Assembly: GCA_977017575.1 (NCBI GenBank)
Contig: CDRNVI010000051.1
Location: forward strand, 310,001-374,000
From: Paramoeba atlantica
Lineage: Eukaryota; Protista; Discosea
Direction of reading: 5' to 3'
DNA length: 64,000 nucleotides
The position numbers were made by a program, and so were the translations under genes. Below the pieces are notes generated by a model that saw nothing but the letters and a program-made list of their open reading frames with translations, was not told the origin of the DNA and made no database searches. This document shows, piece by piece, positions 32,050 through 43,430 of this stretch (within the stretch, counting starts at the first letter, position 1; each line of letters starts with the position of its first letter).

Positions 32050-33919
32050 CGAGTAAATGCAATGATAAGCAAGACTTTTAATGGGACGAAAAAAAGAATT
32101 AACAAACTACACAGAAGATTTTACTTACGACTTTTCTTGCTTGAGCATTTGACAAACACATTTAACTGCTATTCTTGGATTAGTTAATATGCGTAACAAA
32201 GGAGTTTTAGCTTATGTAAAGGAGTTATTTTAGGGAAGAAGAGCTTTTGTTGCCTGATTGTGCTGTTAGATGAGTCAGTGTAAAGAAATCGTGTTCTAAT
32301 GTTGAAAAAAAGTAGCGCATTTTCGATATTTTAGAACGGATAATTTGCATTACACATACATTCACTACAAGATACACATGTTTGTGAGTGAATCTGATTC
32401 AGATGCAAACGGCACTACTAGAAGGCGCTGTGCATATTCCACATATTTTCGTTCACTGGAGTTTCCAATGGGTTTATTTCGCTGCTTCTTTGAATCAAAT
32501 TTATTGTCCAGAAGTCAAACTTCGAAATAGTCACCATAACTATTACAGTGGTTTCAGTTGATCTTGCCCCCCCCTCGGAATTTTGATTTCTTTGATCCGT
32601 TTTTGATTATCTTTTCAGCATTGGAGAGATCTCGTCCCCCTAGCGAAGCGCCTCGCCGCCTTTTTTTCATAGAGACCCCCTGGTGCCCCCTGGGTCCAAA
32701 AATCACTGTTTTTTAGACGTTTTCTGTGTACACAACCGCTTTTGCCACGTTTTCCCGATTTTCTGTATATTTTTTACATGTAAGTACGAATGATAGTGTT
32801 CTAAATTGATAATTTGAAAGCTCTATGTCTAGTACTCTCTCTATTGCCTAGATTAATTTAGTCAACACCTCTACATTATGAAGATCAGACCCTCTAACCC
32901 CAAACAGGGGGAGTACATAGAACGATGTAAACCGGGGGTCAGCTCAATATTAAGGTTAGTTTAATATTAAGATCTACTTTAATATTAATATTGACACTTT
33001 AATATTAAGATTCACGTTAACATTAAGCTTCGATTTTTTACGGATTTTCTTTGGCTCTTTGACTTTTCTGATTTTTCTAATGGACGTTATCGCTACAGTT
33101 TGGCCTTTCCGAGGAGGCCATGGGTCACGGTGGCCTCCCTTGAGGACCACTAGACGTGTCCTCCGCCGACGAGACTCTCGGCTCTCTGCATCTGGCGGTG
33201 GCCGAGCTCCCCGCACCTCGGCTCTGTCGCAGCTCTCTGCACCTGGAATGCCCCCGAAACTGTAATATGGGGATTACGCATCCGGCTCTCTGCACCTGGG
33301 ACGCCAGCTCTCCGCACCAGCACACCTCCGGCGAGGACGAAACCTCACTTGATCCACCCGTCGTATGCGGGATAAGGACATAGTGAGTAAATCTCTGCAC
33401 TATAAGTGCATGATAAAACAATGACGGCACTCAACGTAATTACGGAACACCTTAGTTAAGGGACAACCCCTTCTGGGACAAAAGTGTCCCGTAATTAAAT
33501 GTCACTTAGCTTTGACCTGTCTCACGGAAAAGGGCAATACTACATACACAATATATCTCCCCATGGAGCCACCGAGTCCAAGTTTCTGGTGAGTGATTGT
33601 ACTGCAGGTTCTGTTGCTATATTTTTTCTTATTTTTGTACATGGCATATATGGGCGTGTAAAACTTTTCTGCTGACAATATGCCGGTCGAGCCGGATCCA
33701 CCACACTTCGTTCCAGGCAGTGGAGCGAAACGCACTCCCAAGGCCCAAGTGTGAAGAACCGGATGAAAGATCAAATGATAGTGAAGCATCACATTCCAGT
33801 GATTCAGAGGATTCCTGTAAACTTTGAAAAAAAGGAGGTAGAAGTTCTACCGTAGAACTAAGATTTGCCCTTAAACGGGGGTACAACGGGAGTACGACTT
33901 AATGTACCGGGTACCCTTT

Positions 33920-34105
33920 TATATACCGGGGGGGGGGGTATAATCGCTACCCAATATACCCCCACCCCCTTGTTTTTCACGGTGCCGTCATGAAATTACC
34001 CCTTTTAACCTCTTTGGTTAAGGTTGTCTAGCAAAAACAAACACTAAAAACATTGGAGCTAATATACCCCCCACCCCCCCGCATTATACCCCCCACCCGG
34101 TATAA
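33920..34105. mobile_element. Small G/C-tract MITE nested in the 3.4-kb element
   Basis: tataccggg(g)nggtataatc is inverted in cattataccccccacccggtata. Confidence 0.6.
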
Positions 34106-34192
34106 ACGGAGAGCGAATATACCCCCCCTTAATATACAGGGTATACTTTATTATACCCCCCTGTACATATTAAGATTAGCATCTTTCCAATC

Positions 34193-34981
34193 TTAATTAT
34201 CAAGATTGCTAAGAACCCTGTCAACTCCACCGTCGATGGCGAGGCCAAAGAATTTAGCTCCATCTATGGTTCGTCGAATGTCTTCCCAGATCATGTCGGC
34301 AATTCGACGTTCACTGATATGAAATTCGCGAGGAGAAGGAAGGATCGATGCAGCTTCTGAAGGATGTATGTCGGGGGGAAATTCTTGAAATAAGGTCTTT
34401 ACGCACTCGAGGAATCCTTCGGTAGAAAGATTTCTCTGAGCTGCGAAACATGGGAGAGCTTCGGAGATGTACTCCTCTAGCGACTTGGGATTTGCAACTT
34501 CACTGGAGTCTTCCATCCCCTGCTGCGCCTTCGAGCAGCACTCTTTCAAATGTTTATAACAAAAATTCTCCCCCTTGCTATGGGTCACCCACCCACATAC
34601 TTTACATCGAACATGCTGTGTGTGGCCCATAGCATCATTCCGGATGCCTGAGACGTTTTTCCGAGCCCACTCGAGGCACAATTTTCCAGAGGACTCAACG
34701 CCGAGATCGCATCGCTCGTACGTTAATTGCTCCTGTCGACGGAGGCTTCCACAAGCGAGTGGATCGTTCCCGCAGTTGCTTTTTCTCTTTCTCTGGAGAA
34801 CATTCTCCTCTTCAAGCGGAGAGAGGGACGCACTTAACGCTACTTGGGAAGGTGTCTCTTCTAACTGTGACGTAATTGCGGCTACTCTCTCGCGATGCTC
34901 CCGTGCTGACGGTCGCTTTCTTGTGTTTTCAGGGGTGGGGGTTGAAGGTGCGCTTTCCGAGTTCTTTGAACGTTGCGTCAT
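34193..34981 (-). pseudogene. Truncated hAT-like transposase ORF, 262 aa, with a BED-like Zn finger (copy 1)
   Basis: VRCKVCGW...FCYKHLKEC followed by FFGLAIDGGVD; the ORF ends inside a short repeat; paralogous to 13519-14049. Confidence 0.55.
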
Positions 34982-36563
34982 TTAAAACAGTGAGTGAGAA
35001 GGTGATTAAAGGAAGTGATAAGGTGCAAACAAAAAGGCTGAGCAATACTTGTGTACCAGTCCTAAATGTCGCAATAAAGACAAATCTTTCCATTCATATA
35101 CAGGGAAAAACTACATTTCTATAGACACTTAATAAGATTATAGACACCTTCGAAAAGTAGTATCTCATAGTATATAAGATATCTCATAGTATAAGTAGTA
35201 TCTCATAGTATAAAATACTAGTTAGACTATGTTAATATTAGCATTTCCAATCTTAATATTAGACTGACCCCCGGTTTAATCACAAAAGAGAAGAGAACCC
35301 CACAATATGTGCAACACAATTGATTCAGTCCCAAAGAGACTTCGAAACGTGTTGCAAAACAATGGAAGCCATTCCGGATACTACTCCTCTTCTCATTAAT
35401 TTTAATAAATGCCATTCCTATTTTTTCAAAGAAAAATTATAGATTTTCAAAAAATTATGGTTTTGAAGAAAAAAACAGGAAAAGCTAGAATAGAGGGGAG
35501 GACACCGCAGAAAAATTTGACCCTCGCTTCCGACAAGGGCCTTGGATCTCACGTTCTGCGATAGCTTAGCGCAGAAAAATAGCGTTTTTCCATCAGGCAG
35601 GATCATCAATCAGGACTTTTTGCCTAACCATTCTCATTAATTTCTATAAATATAAATTTTCTTTTTTGTTATAATTAATATTTATAGAAATTAATGAGAG
35701 GAGTTCTTTGCATTCAGAGTTAACTTTTGGACACAACCGTTTTTTGCTCCATTTTTCATAGACAAAAAGATGTCATATTTTTTTATTTTGGTCAACTTTC
35801 GGGTCACCCAGGGGGCACCAGGGGGTCTCTATGAAAAAAAGGCGGAAGAAGTCTTCGCTGGGGGAACGAGATCTCTCCAATGCTGCAAAGATGAGCAAAA
35901 ACGGATAAAAAAAGTCAAAATTCCGAGGGGGGGCAAGATCAACTGAGACCACTGTATAGTAGCCGTACAACAGCCATTTTCAAGCGTGCTGTATCGACAT
36001 TTAGCGCTCTCGCCGTTGTATTGCAAGGCTACTGAATTTGTGCACTAGACATGTCATATGCAGCCCGATAAAAAATAGAAAAATAGGTGGTAAGAGAGTT
36101 ATTCCTACCGATGAGGCAATAGAATATTCTTCACGTGGTGTTCGGCAGTACTATTGCCCCAATATCGAACACTAGTAGACTTTGAATGTGCTGACGAGCT
36201 TGCTCCATAAAAAGCGAGGGTCCCGACTTTCGAACAGGCGGAAGCCCGTGGAAAATCCAATGGAAAATCCACCGAACTACTTGAAATAAAGGTTCGTAAA
36301 GGTTTCTACTGGAAATGCAGCATAGCCTCCGGTGAATTTGTCATAGTATCTTCGTTGATACACTCGAAGCCTCGTCAATCTAAATTGTACTGACGTCTTC
36401 GATTTTATTCAGTCTCTCGCTAGTGAGGTACGACGTACAGGATTTCCGGTACGCTTTCCAAGCCACCATGTCAGAAAAGTCGTTTTCTTGCCCTTATTTT
36501 TTCTATCGGCGCACGATTGGCCGAAGGCCACGAGTAGGGGGTAGTATGGCCGTAGGGGGTATA

Positions 36564-37656
36564 GCGAGGGCGTGCCTGAGCGGGCCTGAGTCATACGCGG
36601 CGTTGTTAGTGGAAAAAAATTTGCGAATTGCAACAATTTTCGAAGCCCGATGTACTTGCACCAAAACATCTGCTTTTTGTCTGATGAAAAACAAATTCTG
36701 GAAAACAAAAGCGTGGGCGGTGGGGGAAGTAAACTGAGCGTGAAGAAATGTAGCTGAAAAAAGTGTCGAAAAGCGGAAAAATATCAGGAAAAATAGCCGA
36801 GGCACTGAACCTCCTTAACAGGCACCCAATCCTGCCTAACACATTGACCCTTCCCCTGCGAGAAACACCAAACTCAGAACGATACAGAAGACATCTCAAA
36901 CAATTAGAAAACGCCTGAGAGCTAGAGCCCGAGCGTCGCTCGCTGCACGATAGGGCGGTACACCGCAGTGTACAAAGATGACACATCCACTCGAGTAATT
37001 TGACCTCGACCATGCGAACTAAAATTCGCGAAGGAACCGGGGCATCATTTAATACACAACGTGTAAAAGATTCATTCCCATTCGGAGACAGTTTAGAATC
37101 TCAGATCCGGTTCCTCCACGCAGACGTGCGCACCTACTACACCAATTCCCCATATCTGCGGTTCTCGGCGACGTCTGTGTCCGCATTGGCACTCGGATTC
37201 TCAGGTCCCGCGTATTGCACATGGGCTTTAAGCTCGCGTGTGGAATTGCGCAGGCACTAATCTGGGGCACAATTCTACACAGAGAACCTGGCGATGAGTT
37301 ACTAGACCCTATCACAGAGCTAAATCAAGAAACAGCACCAGGCATTGTACAAAACCCAGGAAAAGCAGTAATCGCTATCTTGTACGACTCAATCCTGTTA
37401 GTGGCGAGGGCGCGCGTGAGCGGACCTGAGCCATACGCGGCGTTGTTAGTGGGAAACAATTTTCGAATTGTAAAATTTTTCGAAGCCCCATGAACAGGCA
37501 CTAAAACATCTGCTTTTTGTCGGTTGGAAAACAAATTCTAGAAAAAAAGTGACAGGGAAAAGTGGAAAACTAAAGCGCGGGCGGGGTGGAAGTACCTTGA
37601 ACGTGAAAAAAAGTATCTGAAAAAAGTGTCGAAAAGCGGAAAAATATCAGGAAAAA
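36564..37656 (+). mobile_element. Diverged direct repeats of about 230-250 bp flanking a decayed RT-like segment (DIRS/VIPER/TATE-like, tentative)
   Basis: DR1 36564-36793, DR2 37404-37656, third partial copy 39292-39466. Internal fragments YTAVYKDDTSTRVI*P, FDLDHAN, VLHMGFKLACGIAQALIW. Confidence 0.5.
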
Positions 37657-38020
37657 CATTTTTTGTGAAGCAGGGCGAATGCAGTAAGCCAAAAGTGGTG
37701 AAGAAAAGGGATAGGAAAGGTACAAAAAGTCGTGTTCTAAATGAATCATAACAAATAAATGAAAATAATTATGGAAATAATTTATCAAAATTTTACAAAT
37801 CAATATTTTTTTGGCGCTTTTTAGGTATACTTTTTAGTTATTATGGAGAAACGCGTTCGCTATATTGTAGATCACTTGCAACACCTTTTTTACGTAGATG
37901 TGTCGCAGAAAAGTAATAACAACAAATTTACGACTCCTCTGTGGTACTATCCGAGTAGTCACTATACAAACTTGATAATGAGTTTATAGTTTCACTGGAA
38001 CTGTAGTCCCCCGAATTAGA

Positions 38021-38773
38021 CTATCCTTGCGGTAAATACATCACGTACGACGGCAATTTCACATCTGGAGCATAGGAAGAAAAATTGTTGCGTCGCAAAT
38101 CTAGATGCACAATCACGTCTCGATTAGTCGGTTTCAATAAAGTCTTCAAATCCACGACCCCTTCAAGACGGTTGCGGTGGAGGCCCAAATATTGGATAGT
38201 CTCCGGAAGTTTGTCTAATTTTATAGTCCCTGTAAATAAATTGCGATCAAGAAACAGCTGGAGTAGCATCGGCGGAAGGGCAGTTAGGTTTATCTCACCA
38301 GAAAATCGATTACTCTGGACCATCATTTCTGTAAGAGTTCGAGGCAGGTTCGTAAGATCAAGTGCACCAGACAAAACGTTAGTCTCGGCGATGAAATAAT
38401 CTAACTGTTCGGGGTACTGTATTTCAGTTACTGCACCCTCGAGGCGCGGGTGTCCTACTACGGCTATATGAAGCAGGGTTTTAGGTAAATTATCCCAAGA
38501 GAGGTGCCCACGTAATCTAAGTGTGCGAAAACTGTGATACCATGATATTCCGATAATAGTTTGTGTAGAATCACACACCACTCCTAACCAGGTACATACA
38601 GAAACTTTTTTTACTTTCCCGAACCATCCTTTTTTTGAAGTTTTCCACGATTTTGGCTTCTCAAGAATGGGTGACACAAACCGTTCCATCATGTCTTCTT
38701 GAGGAAGCAAATAAGAAGAGACTTTACCACGCCTCAAGTCAGAGCCGTCGTCAGCGTTGTAAACAGTAAACAT
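38021..38773 (-). CDS. Leucine-rich repeat protein, 250 aa (copy 1)
   Basis: VCTWLGVVCD cap; SNRFSGEINLTALPP and RNLFTGTIKLDKLPE repeats. Confidence 0.9.
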   Translation of the reverse strand: MFTVYNADDGSDLRRGKVSSYLLPQEDMMERFVSPILEKPKSWKTSKKGWFGKVKKVSVCTWLGVVCDSTQTIIGISWYHSFRTLRLRGHLSWDNLPKTLLHIAVVGHPRLEGAVTEIQYPEQLDYFIAETNVLSGALDLTNLPRTLTEMMVQSNRFSGEINLTALPPMLLQLFLDRNLFTGTIKLDKLPETIQYLGLHRNRLEGVVDLKTLLKPTNRDVIVHLDLRRNNFSSYAPDVKLPSYVMYLPQG

Positions 38774-40619
38774 TAAACAGAATTTTTTAAACTGTTTTCT
38801 TTTCCTTTAAACTGTGTTTTTTAAGCGGGAGTATGATTATTGTACAAAATTAGAGCTTCGTCACGTACGAAATGCATAAAAACCAAAAGTCTTGGGAAAT
38901 TTTGAACTAACTCTCACAAGAATACTATCTGTTTTTACTTACCACCTCTTTTTATCCTTTCTAAAAGTTTGTTGCAAGGATTTGAAATGGGATTAGTTCT
39001 ACTGAAGGGGTATGCTGAAGACACTCCCTTCATAAAGTGCCCAAAAAAAGTCTGAAAAATATATTTGGTTTCTACCTCAAACGATTTACATAATAGCTAT
39101 TTTTTGACGACAAGAAAAGTCGTTTTTTTGCACGAGTGTTTTCAAACTGCGCACGAGCGGCCGAAGGCCACGAGTGTTTTCTGAGTCGAAAACATGGCTT
39201 TCCTTATATTTTATCCGCTTTGAGACATTTTTGCTAAGATTTTCTACAGTTTTACATGGGAAAAAGAATGCCCAGTAAAGAGGGGAACAACACGCGGCGT
39301 TGTTAGTGGGAAAACATCCGCCTTTTGCCTGATGAAAACTAATTTCTGGAAAACAAAAGTGCGTGTGGAGGGAAAAGTAGAAGACAAAAGTGTAGGCGGA
39401 GGGAAAAGTAACCTGAGCGTGAAGAAATTTTTCTGATAAAAGCGTCGAAAAGCGGAAGAATATCAGATTATATCAAATGTTTTATGTAAAGTTTTATGTA
39501 TACGAACCCATGGTCAAAATAAGGCGCCCTCCTCTAAAATCTCAATGCTTCGTTTTTTAGGCTAATTTTGTTGCATTTTATAGATCTCAACACATTTTTT
39601 TGGATTTTTTAGATCTCAATATAGAGAATTTCCGGGTTAAGAAGCGTAGCCCCCTCTTAAAACGCTTCTCAAAAATTTACACTCTTTAACAGCAAAAATG
39701 TTCTCCCCTCTGAGAAATTCAACTTTGTTTCCTCTCATTTTTGTTGCAAACGAGAGATCTCGTTTCACTAGCGAAGATTATTGATACATTCATCTCATAG
39801 TGACCCCTGGTGCCTCCCGATAGCAGGAATCGGTTAGAGCTTTGGGTTAGAGATCGGTCGTGAAAGTTAGCGTTCAATCCGTCTTTATGGAACAAATCTT
39901 ATATACGCCAACATCTTTAAAAGATGATCTTTTATCACCCACTTGATGGTAATAGTGAAGAACATAGCAGAAAATCTGTCAAGAAAGCTCACAGGGCAAC
40001 AGGTCGCTCCATTTGAATTCTTTTACTTTAACTATCGTACAATCCATTATTGCAACGGATCGCTCCTATAGTTTATGGAATTCATCGGGAAGCATGTGCA
40101 ATTTTCTATGCAGGGGGTTCTAAAGTAGGGACCCCATCCCGGGGTTTTGAAAAACGTTCGGGGACCACTTTCCGCGTTAATCAACTCACCAGAGGTTATT
40201 GCTCCGTTTTGGCGTTGCATACTACTGTAAAGTCTACGTATTCCTTTCGTTAATTTCGTAATATTCTAGCGCCGAAGGGAAGGTAGTCATTGCATAAAAA
40301 AGGATTACGTACATATTTGTCGTATGGGAAGGATTAAAAATGGAAAGGTTAAATGATGGTGGGATTAAGCTTATCTTTGTCAAATTAGTAACATGCTGAT
40401 TAACAGGTCCAAAAACAAATCTATCTAGCGCATACCGAGCGACCAATTGAGAACGTAGTCCTTTCCCTGCTAAATTGCAGTTAAATTGTAAAGTACATTT
40501 TATCCTTCCACAATTCACACAAACTCTTTTCACCTACCAGCAACCGTTTCATTTGTGAAGTGATCTTGCTTAATTTTACTTCATTTGACTCTCGGGGAAC
40601 ATGAACTCTCAGTGAAGTG

Positions 40620-41246
40620 CTACTCATCCCCCTGTGCTTGTTGTGCATACGTCGTGGAGTGCTTTTCCACCACAAATCCCGGCACGGGGCCGTGTGTGGC
40701 CCACCGGGTGTGGGCAACCCCAGAGCCGAGCGTGAGAGAAGGTGAAGAAGAAGATACAGAGGAACCCGTAGATAAAGATAAACAACCCGAGGAGGGTGAT
40801 GCGCTACTACAGACAACTCCCGAGACGACTCCCGAAGAAGCCGAAAAAGATGAAGAACACGAACGACTCGCGCATCCTGAAGCTGGAAAAGACGACAAAC
40901 AAGCGGATGAACCCCCCCTCGACCCTTCTGCTGATTTCAGCTCTCCTACCGCACAGGAGCTCCTCTCCTCCGTGTCGCCCTCTCTCTGGTTTATATTCCT
41001 ATCCTCCTTCTCCCCTATCAGCTCCCACCCGGTTTGTTGTTTCACGTAATCCACGAGGTTGGAGACGTTGCCTTTCTTCTTAATAATCTTTGGAGCATTG
41101 CGGGGATCCGAGGCGGCATCAAAGCTAATCCCAGCGGAGTCGTACCCGCGGTACTCCAGTCGCCGTAGTCCACGTAGGAGAGTGACGACTAGGGATTCCG
41201 GGGAGTGGGGGAGACCGAAGAATGCGTAGGCAAAGATTCCACACAT
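40620..41246 (-). CDS. Chimeric ORF: GFAT N-terminal about 187 aa fused in frame to the last 21 aa of XPO1
   Basis: ...AHTRWATHGP then VPGFVVEKHSTTYAQQAQGDE*; junction at 40686-40689. Confidence 0.75.
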   Translation of the reverse strand: MCGIFAYAFFGLPHSPESLVVTLLRGLRRLEYRGYDSAGISFDAASDPRNAPKIIKKKGNVSNLVDYVKQQTGWELIGEKEDRNINQREGDTEERSSCAVGELKSAEGSRGGSSACLSSFPASGCASRSCSSSFSASSGVVSGVVCSSASPSSGCLSLSTGSSVSSSSPSLTLGSGVAHTRWATHGPVPGFVVEKHSTTYAQQAQGDE

Positions 41247-41525
41247 GGGAAAAGAGATAGTTTAGAAGGGAAAGAGATAGTATAGTTTTAAAGTAGTATA
41301 GTTTTTTCCGTTTTCGAAGGGGTTAATCTCTTTTAATAAAAACAAGAGCTATACAAGAAAGACAGAAACGATTCACGTTTTAATTCAATTTATAGGGGAA
41401 AATGAGAATTGAAAACAGGTAAAAGGGAATTGCCCAGAAACGGGGTACGATTTTCTTCGTATTCTGTAGCTATGGATCTGGGCGCCATATGCACAACACC
41501 CGTGAGCTAAATGGAGAGCGCAGTA

Positions 41526-43430
41526 TTACTCCAATACGACACAAGAAGGAGCTGGTGTCGGCAACACAGTACTAAACTGGTTTCCAGAGAGACACAGGGT
41601 TAGCATTGACGATGGGACGTGAGAAGTGTCAATGATGCCGGTGAATTTATTGTGGCTTAAGTCCAGAGTGCATAAATCATTTGGAAGAGCCCGAAGCTCA
41701 ATTTCACCAGAGAAAAGATTGTGCTGTAGATACAGATCTTCTAATTTTGAGCACAATCGTGTGAAGTCAGGAGTTCCTGTAAGAAAGTTGTTCTCCAAGT
41801 GAAGTTCGGCCAAATTATCCGGAAGCAAAGACAAATTCACGGGTCCAAAAAAGTGATTGTTCGCTAGGTTTAAGGAGCGCAATTCAGCATTCAGATCAGA
41901 CAAGTTAATTTCTCCCACAAAATTGTTATTATTCAGCCGGAGGATATCAAGGCCAGCGGGAAGCATCGTAAGATCGATGGTTCCATCGAATTTATTATGT
42001 TCTGCGCAGAATTGAATTAGTGCTTCAGGAAGACATGGCAGAACGAGAGGTCCCGCCAAATCTGGATTATTGTTAATGAAACAATCTTCAAGATTTTCGG
42101 GTAGATTTTTGGTACGAAACTCCCCACTAAACATATTATTATTTAGTGCGAGTTTTGTCAAGTACTGCGGGAGGTTTCCGATAGCAACAGAGGGACCTAA
42201 TTGATTATGACTCAGCCAAACCTCCTCTATGGTTTCCGGCAGATGTGAGAGATCTACGTTGCCGACAAATTGATTTTCCATGATCATGATTTGATGCAAA
42301 GGTGGTGGAAGTTGTGTCAAATCGACGCTTCCCGTAAATTGGTTACTGTGTAGTGCAAGGTGTTCCAGTTGCTGCGGAAGTGATGTTAAGTCCAGAGACC
42401 CGGAGAGCGCATTGTTGGGTAGCGCCAAAACGTGAAGAAAGGGGGGTAACTGAGTTAGATCAACGCTCCCTGTCAGTTGGCAAGAAGCTATTGCTAGCGT
42501 CGCCAGTTGCTCGGGAAGCTGGGTAATGTCTATCGATCCTGAAAACGAATTCATCCCAAGAAACATTTCTTTTAGACCTGAGGGCAGTGTTATTAAATGA
42601 AGTTTGCCTTCGAGTTGGTTGCGATTCAGCATGAGTGAAACCAATGCTGGCGGAAGATGAGTCAAATCTACACTCCCCGCGAAATGGTTTCTCTTAAGAA
42701 ATAAGGTTCGCATGGTGCATGGCAAATGATCTAAATGGAGGTCTCCGTACAGCTCATTCTGCCCAACATCAAACAGGCGTACGTTTGGCGGGAGTCGTTC
42801 AATTTCAATTTTGCCACTAAGCTTGTTCTCCGATAATGCAATATCGCGCATTCCCTCTGGAAGATCGTTCAGAGAAATGCCACCGCTAAACTCGTTATTA
42901 TTTAGGCGCAACTCTTGTAGGGCCCTTGGAAGATGACTCATCATTAACTGTCCCGTAAAGTGGTTTGATTGCAATTCTAACACAACTAGTTCGCCGCCCA
43001 GTTCAGACCATTCGATTTCGCCCGTCAAATCGTTTTGTCCCAGATGCAGCTGCAGAATAGATCGAGGTAACTCTGATGTGGGTAAATTTCCGTACAGGGC
43101 ATTGAACTGCATTTCCAGCACAGTGACAGTGGGAGGCAAATCTTTCCAATTCGGGACACCTCTTAAATTGTTACACCCCCACTGAATACGAATAATTTCG
43201 CTACCGGAATTACATCGCACGCCCATCCACTGGCATCCCGGTGTTTTGGTATTCCAGTTTGATGAGGTTAAGGTCAGATTCGATACAAAGTGTGCCAAGT
43301 AATACTCTGAGGGCCAAATAGTTCCCCGTACTTTTTGAGGTCGAGCGGAAATGTTTCTACCCTCTATATCCCGAGGTGGAGAATGTGAAATTGTCGTCTT
43401 ATCATCTCTTGCCCTTATGGCGTGAAACAT
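41526..43430 (-). CDS. Leucine-rich repeat protein, 634 aa (copy 2)
   Basis: Translation identical to 28122-30026. Confidence 0.93.
   Translation of the reverse strand: MFHAIRARDDKTTISHSPPRDIEGRNISARPQKVRGTIWPSEYYLAHFVSNLTLTSSNWNTKTPGCQWMGVRCNSGSEIIRIQWGCNNLRGVPNWKDLPPTVTVLEMQFNALYGNLPTSELPRSILQLHLGQNDLTGEIEWSELGGELVVLELQSNHFTGQLMMSHLPRALQELRLNNNEFSGGISLNDLPEGMRDIALSENKLSGKIEIERLPPNVRLFDVGQNELYGDLHLDHLPCTMRTLFLKRNHFAGSVDLTHLPPALVSLMLNRNQLEGKLHLITLPSGLKEMFLGMNSFSGSIDITQLPEQLATLAIASCQLTGSVDLTQLPPFLHVLALPNNALSGSLDLTSLPQQLEHLALHSNQFTGSVDLTQLPPPLHQIMIMENQFVGNVDLSHLPETIEEVWLSHNQLGPSVAIGNLPQYLTKLALNNNMFSGEFRTKNLPENLEDCFINNNPDLAGPLVLPCLPEALIQFCAEHNKFDGTIDLTMLPAGLDILRLNNNNFVGEINLSDLNAELRSLNLANNHFFGPVNLSLLPDNLAELHLENNFLTGTPDFTRLCSKLEDLYLQHNLFSGEIELRALPNDLCTLDLSHNKFTGIIDTSHVPSSMLTLCLSGNQFSTVLPTPAPSCVVLE

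Larger units (their letters stand above)
32546..35954. mobile_element. 3.4-kb TA-flanked element with TIRs of about 160 bp and nested content (copy 1)
   Basis: TA|cagtggtttcagttgatcttgccccccctcggaatttt...ggtgccccctggg mirrors cccaggggcacc...aaaattccgagggggggcaagatcaactgagaccactg|TA. Confidence 0.9.
27284..40687 (+). repeat. Unit 1 of a 13.4-kb tandem segmental duplication
   Basis: ORF pairs are offset by 13404 bp (28122/41526), then 13413 bp (34193/47606), with identical translations apart from one 9-bp indel. Confidence 0.97.

Noticed and set aside
30238-33886. Short ORFs conserved in both duplicate units
   Set aside because: Identity reflects the recent duplication, not selection; no protein motifs.
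32925-35215. CRISPR-like short repeats (taatattaag units; tatctcatagtat x3 at 35161-35212; also 19030-19100)
   Set aside because: No constant-length repeat and unique-spacer pattern, no cas genes, eukaryotic context.
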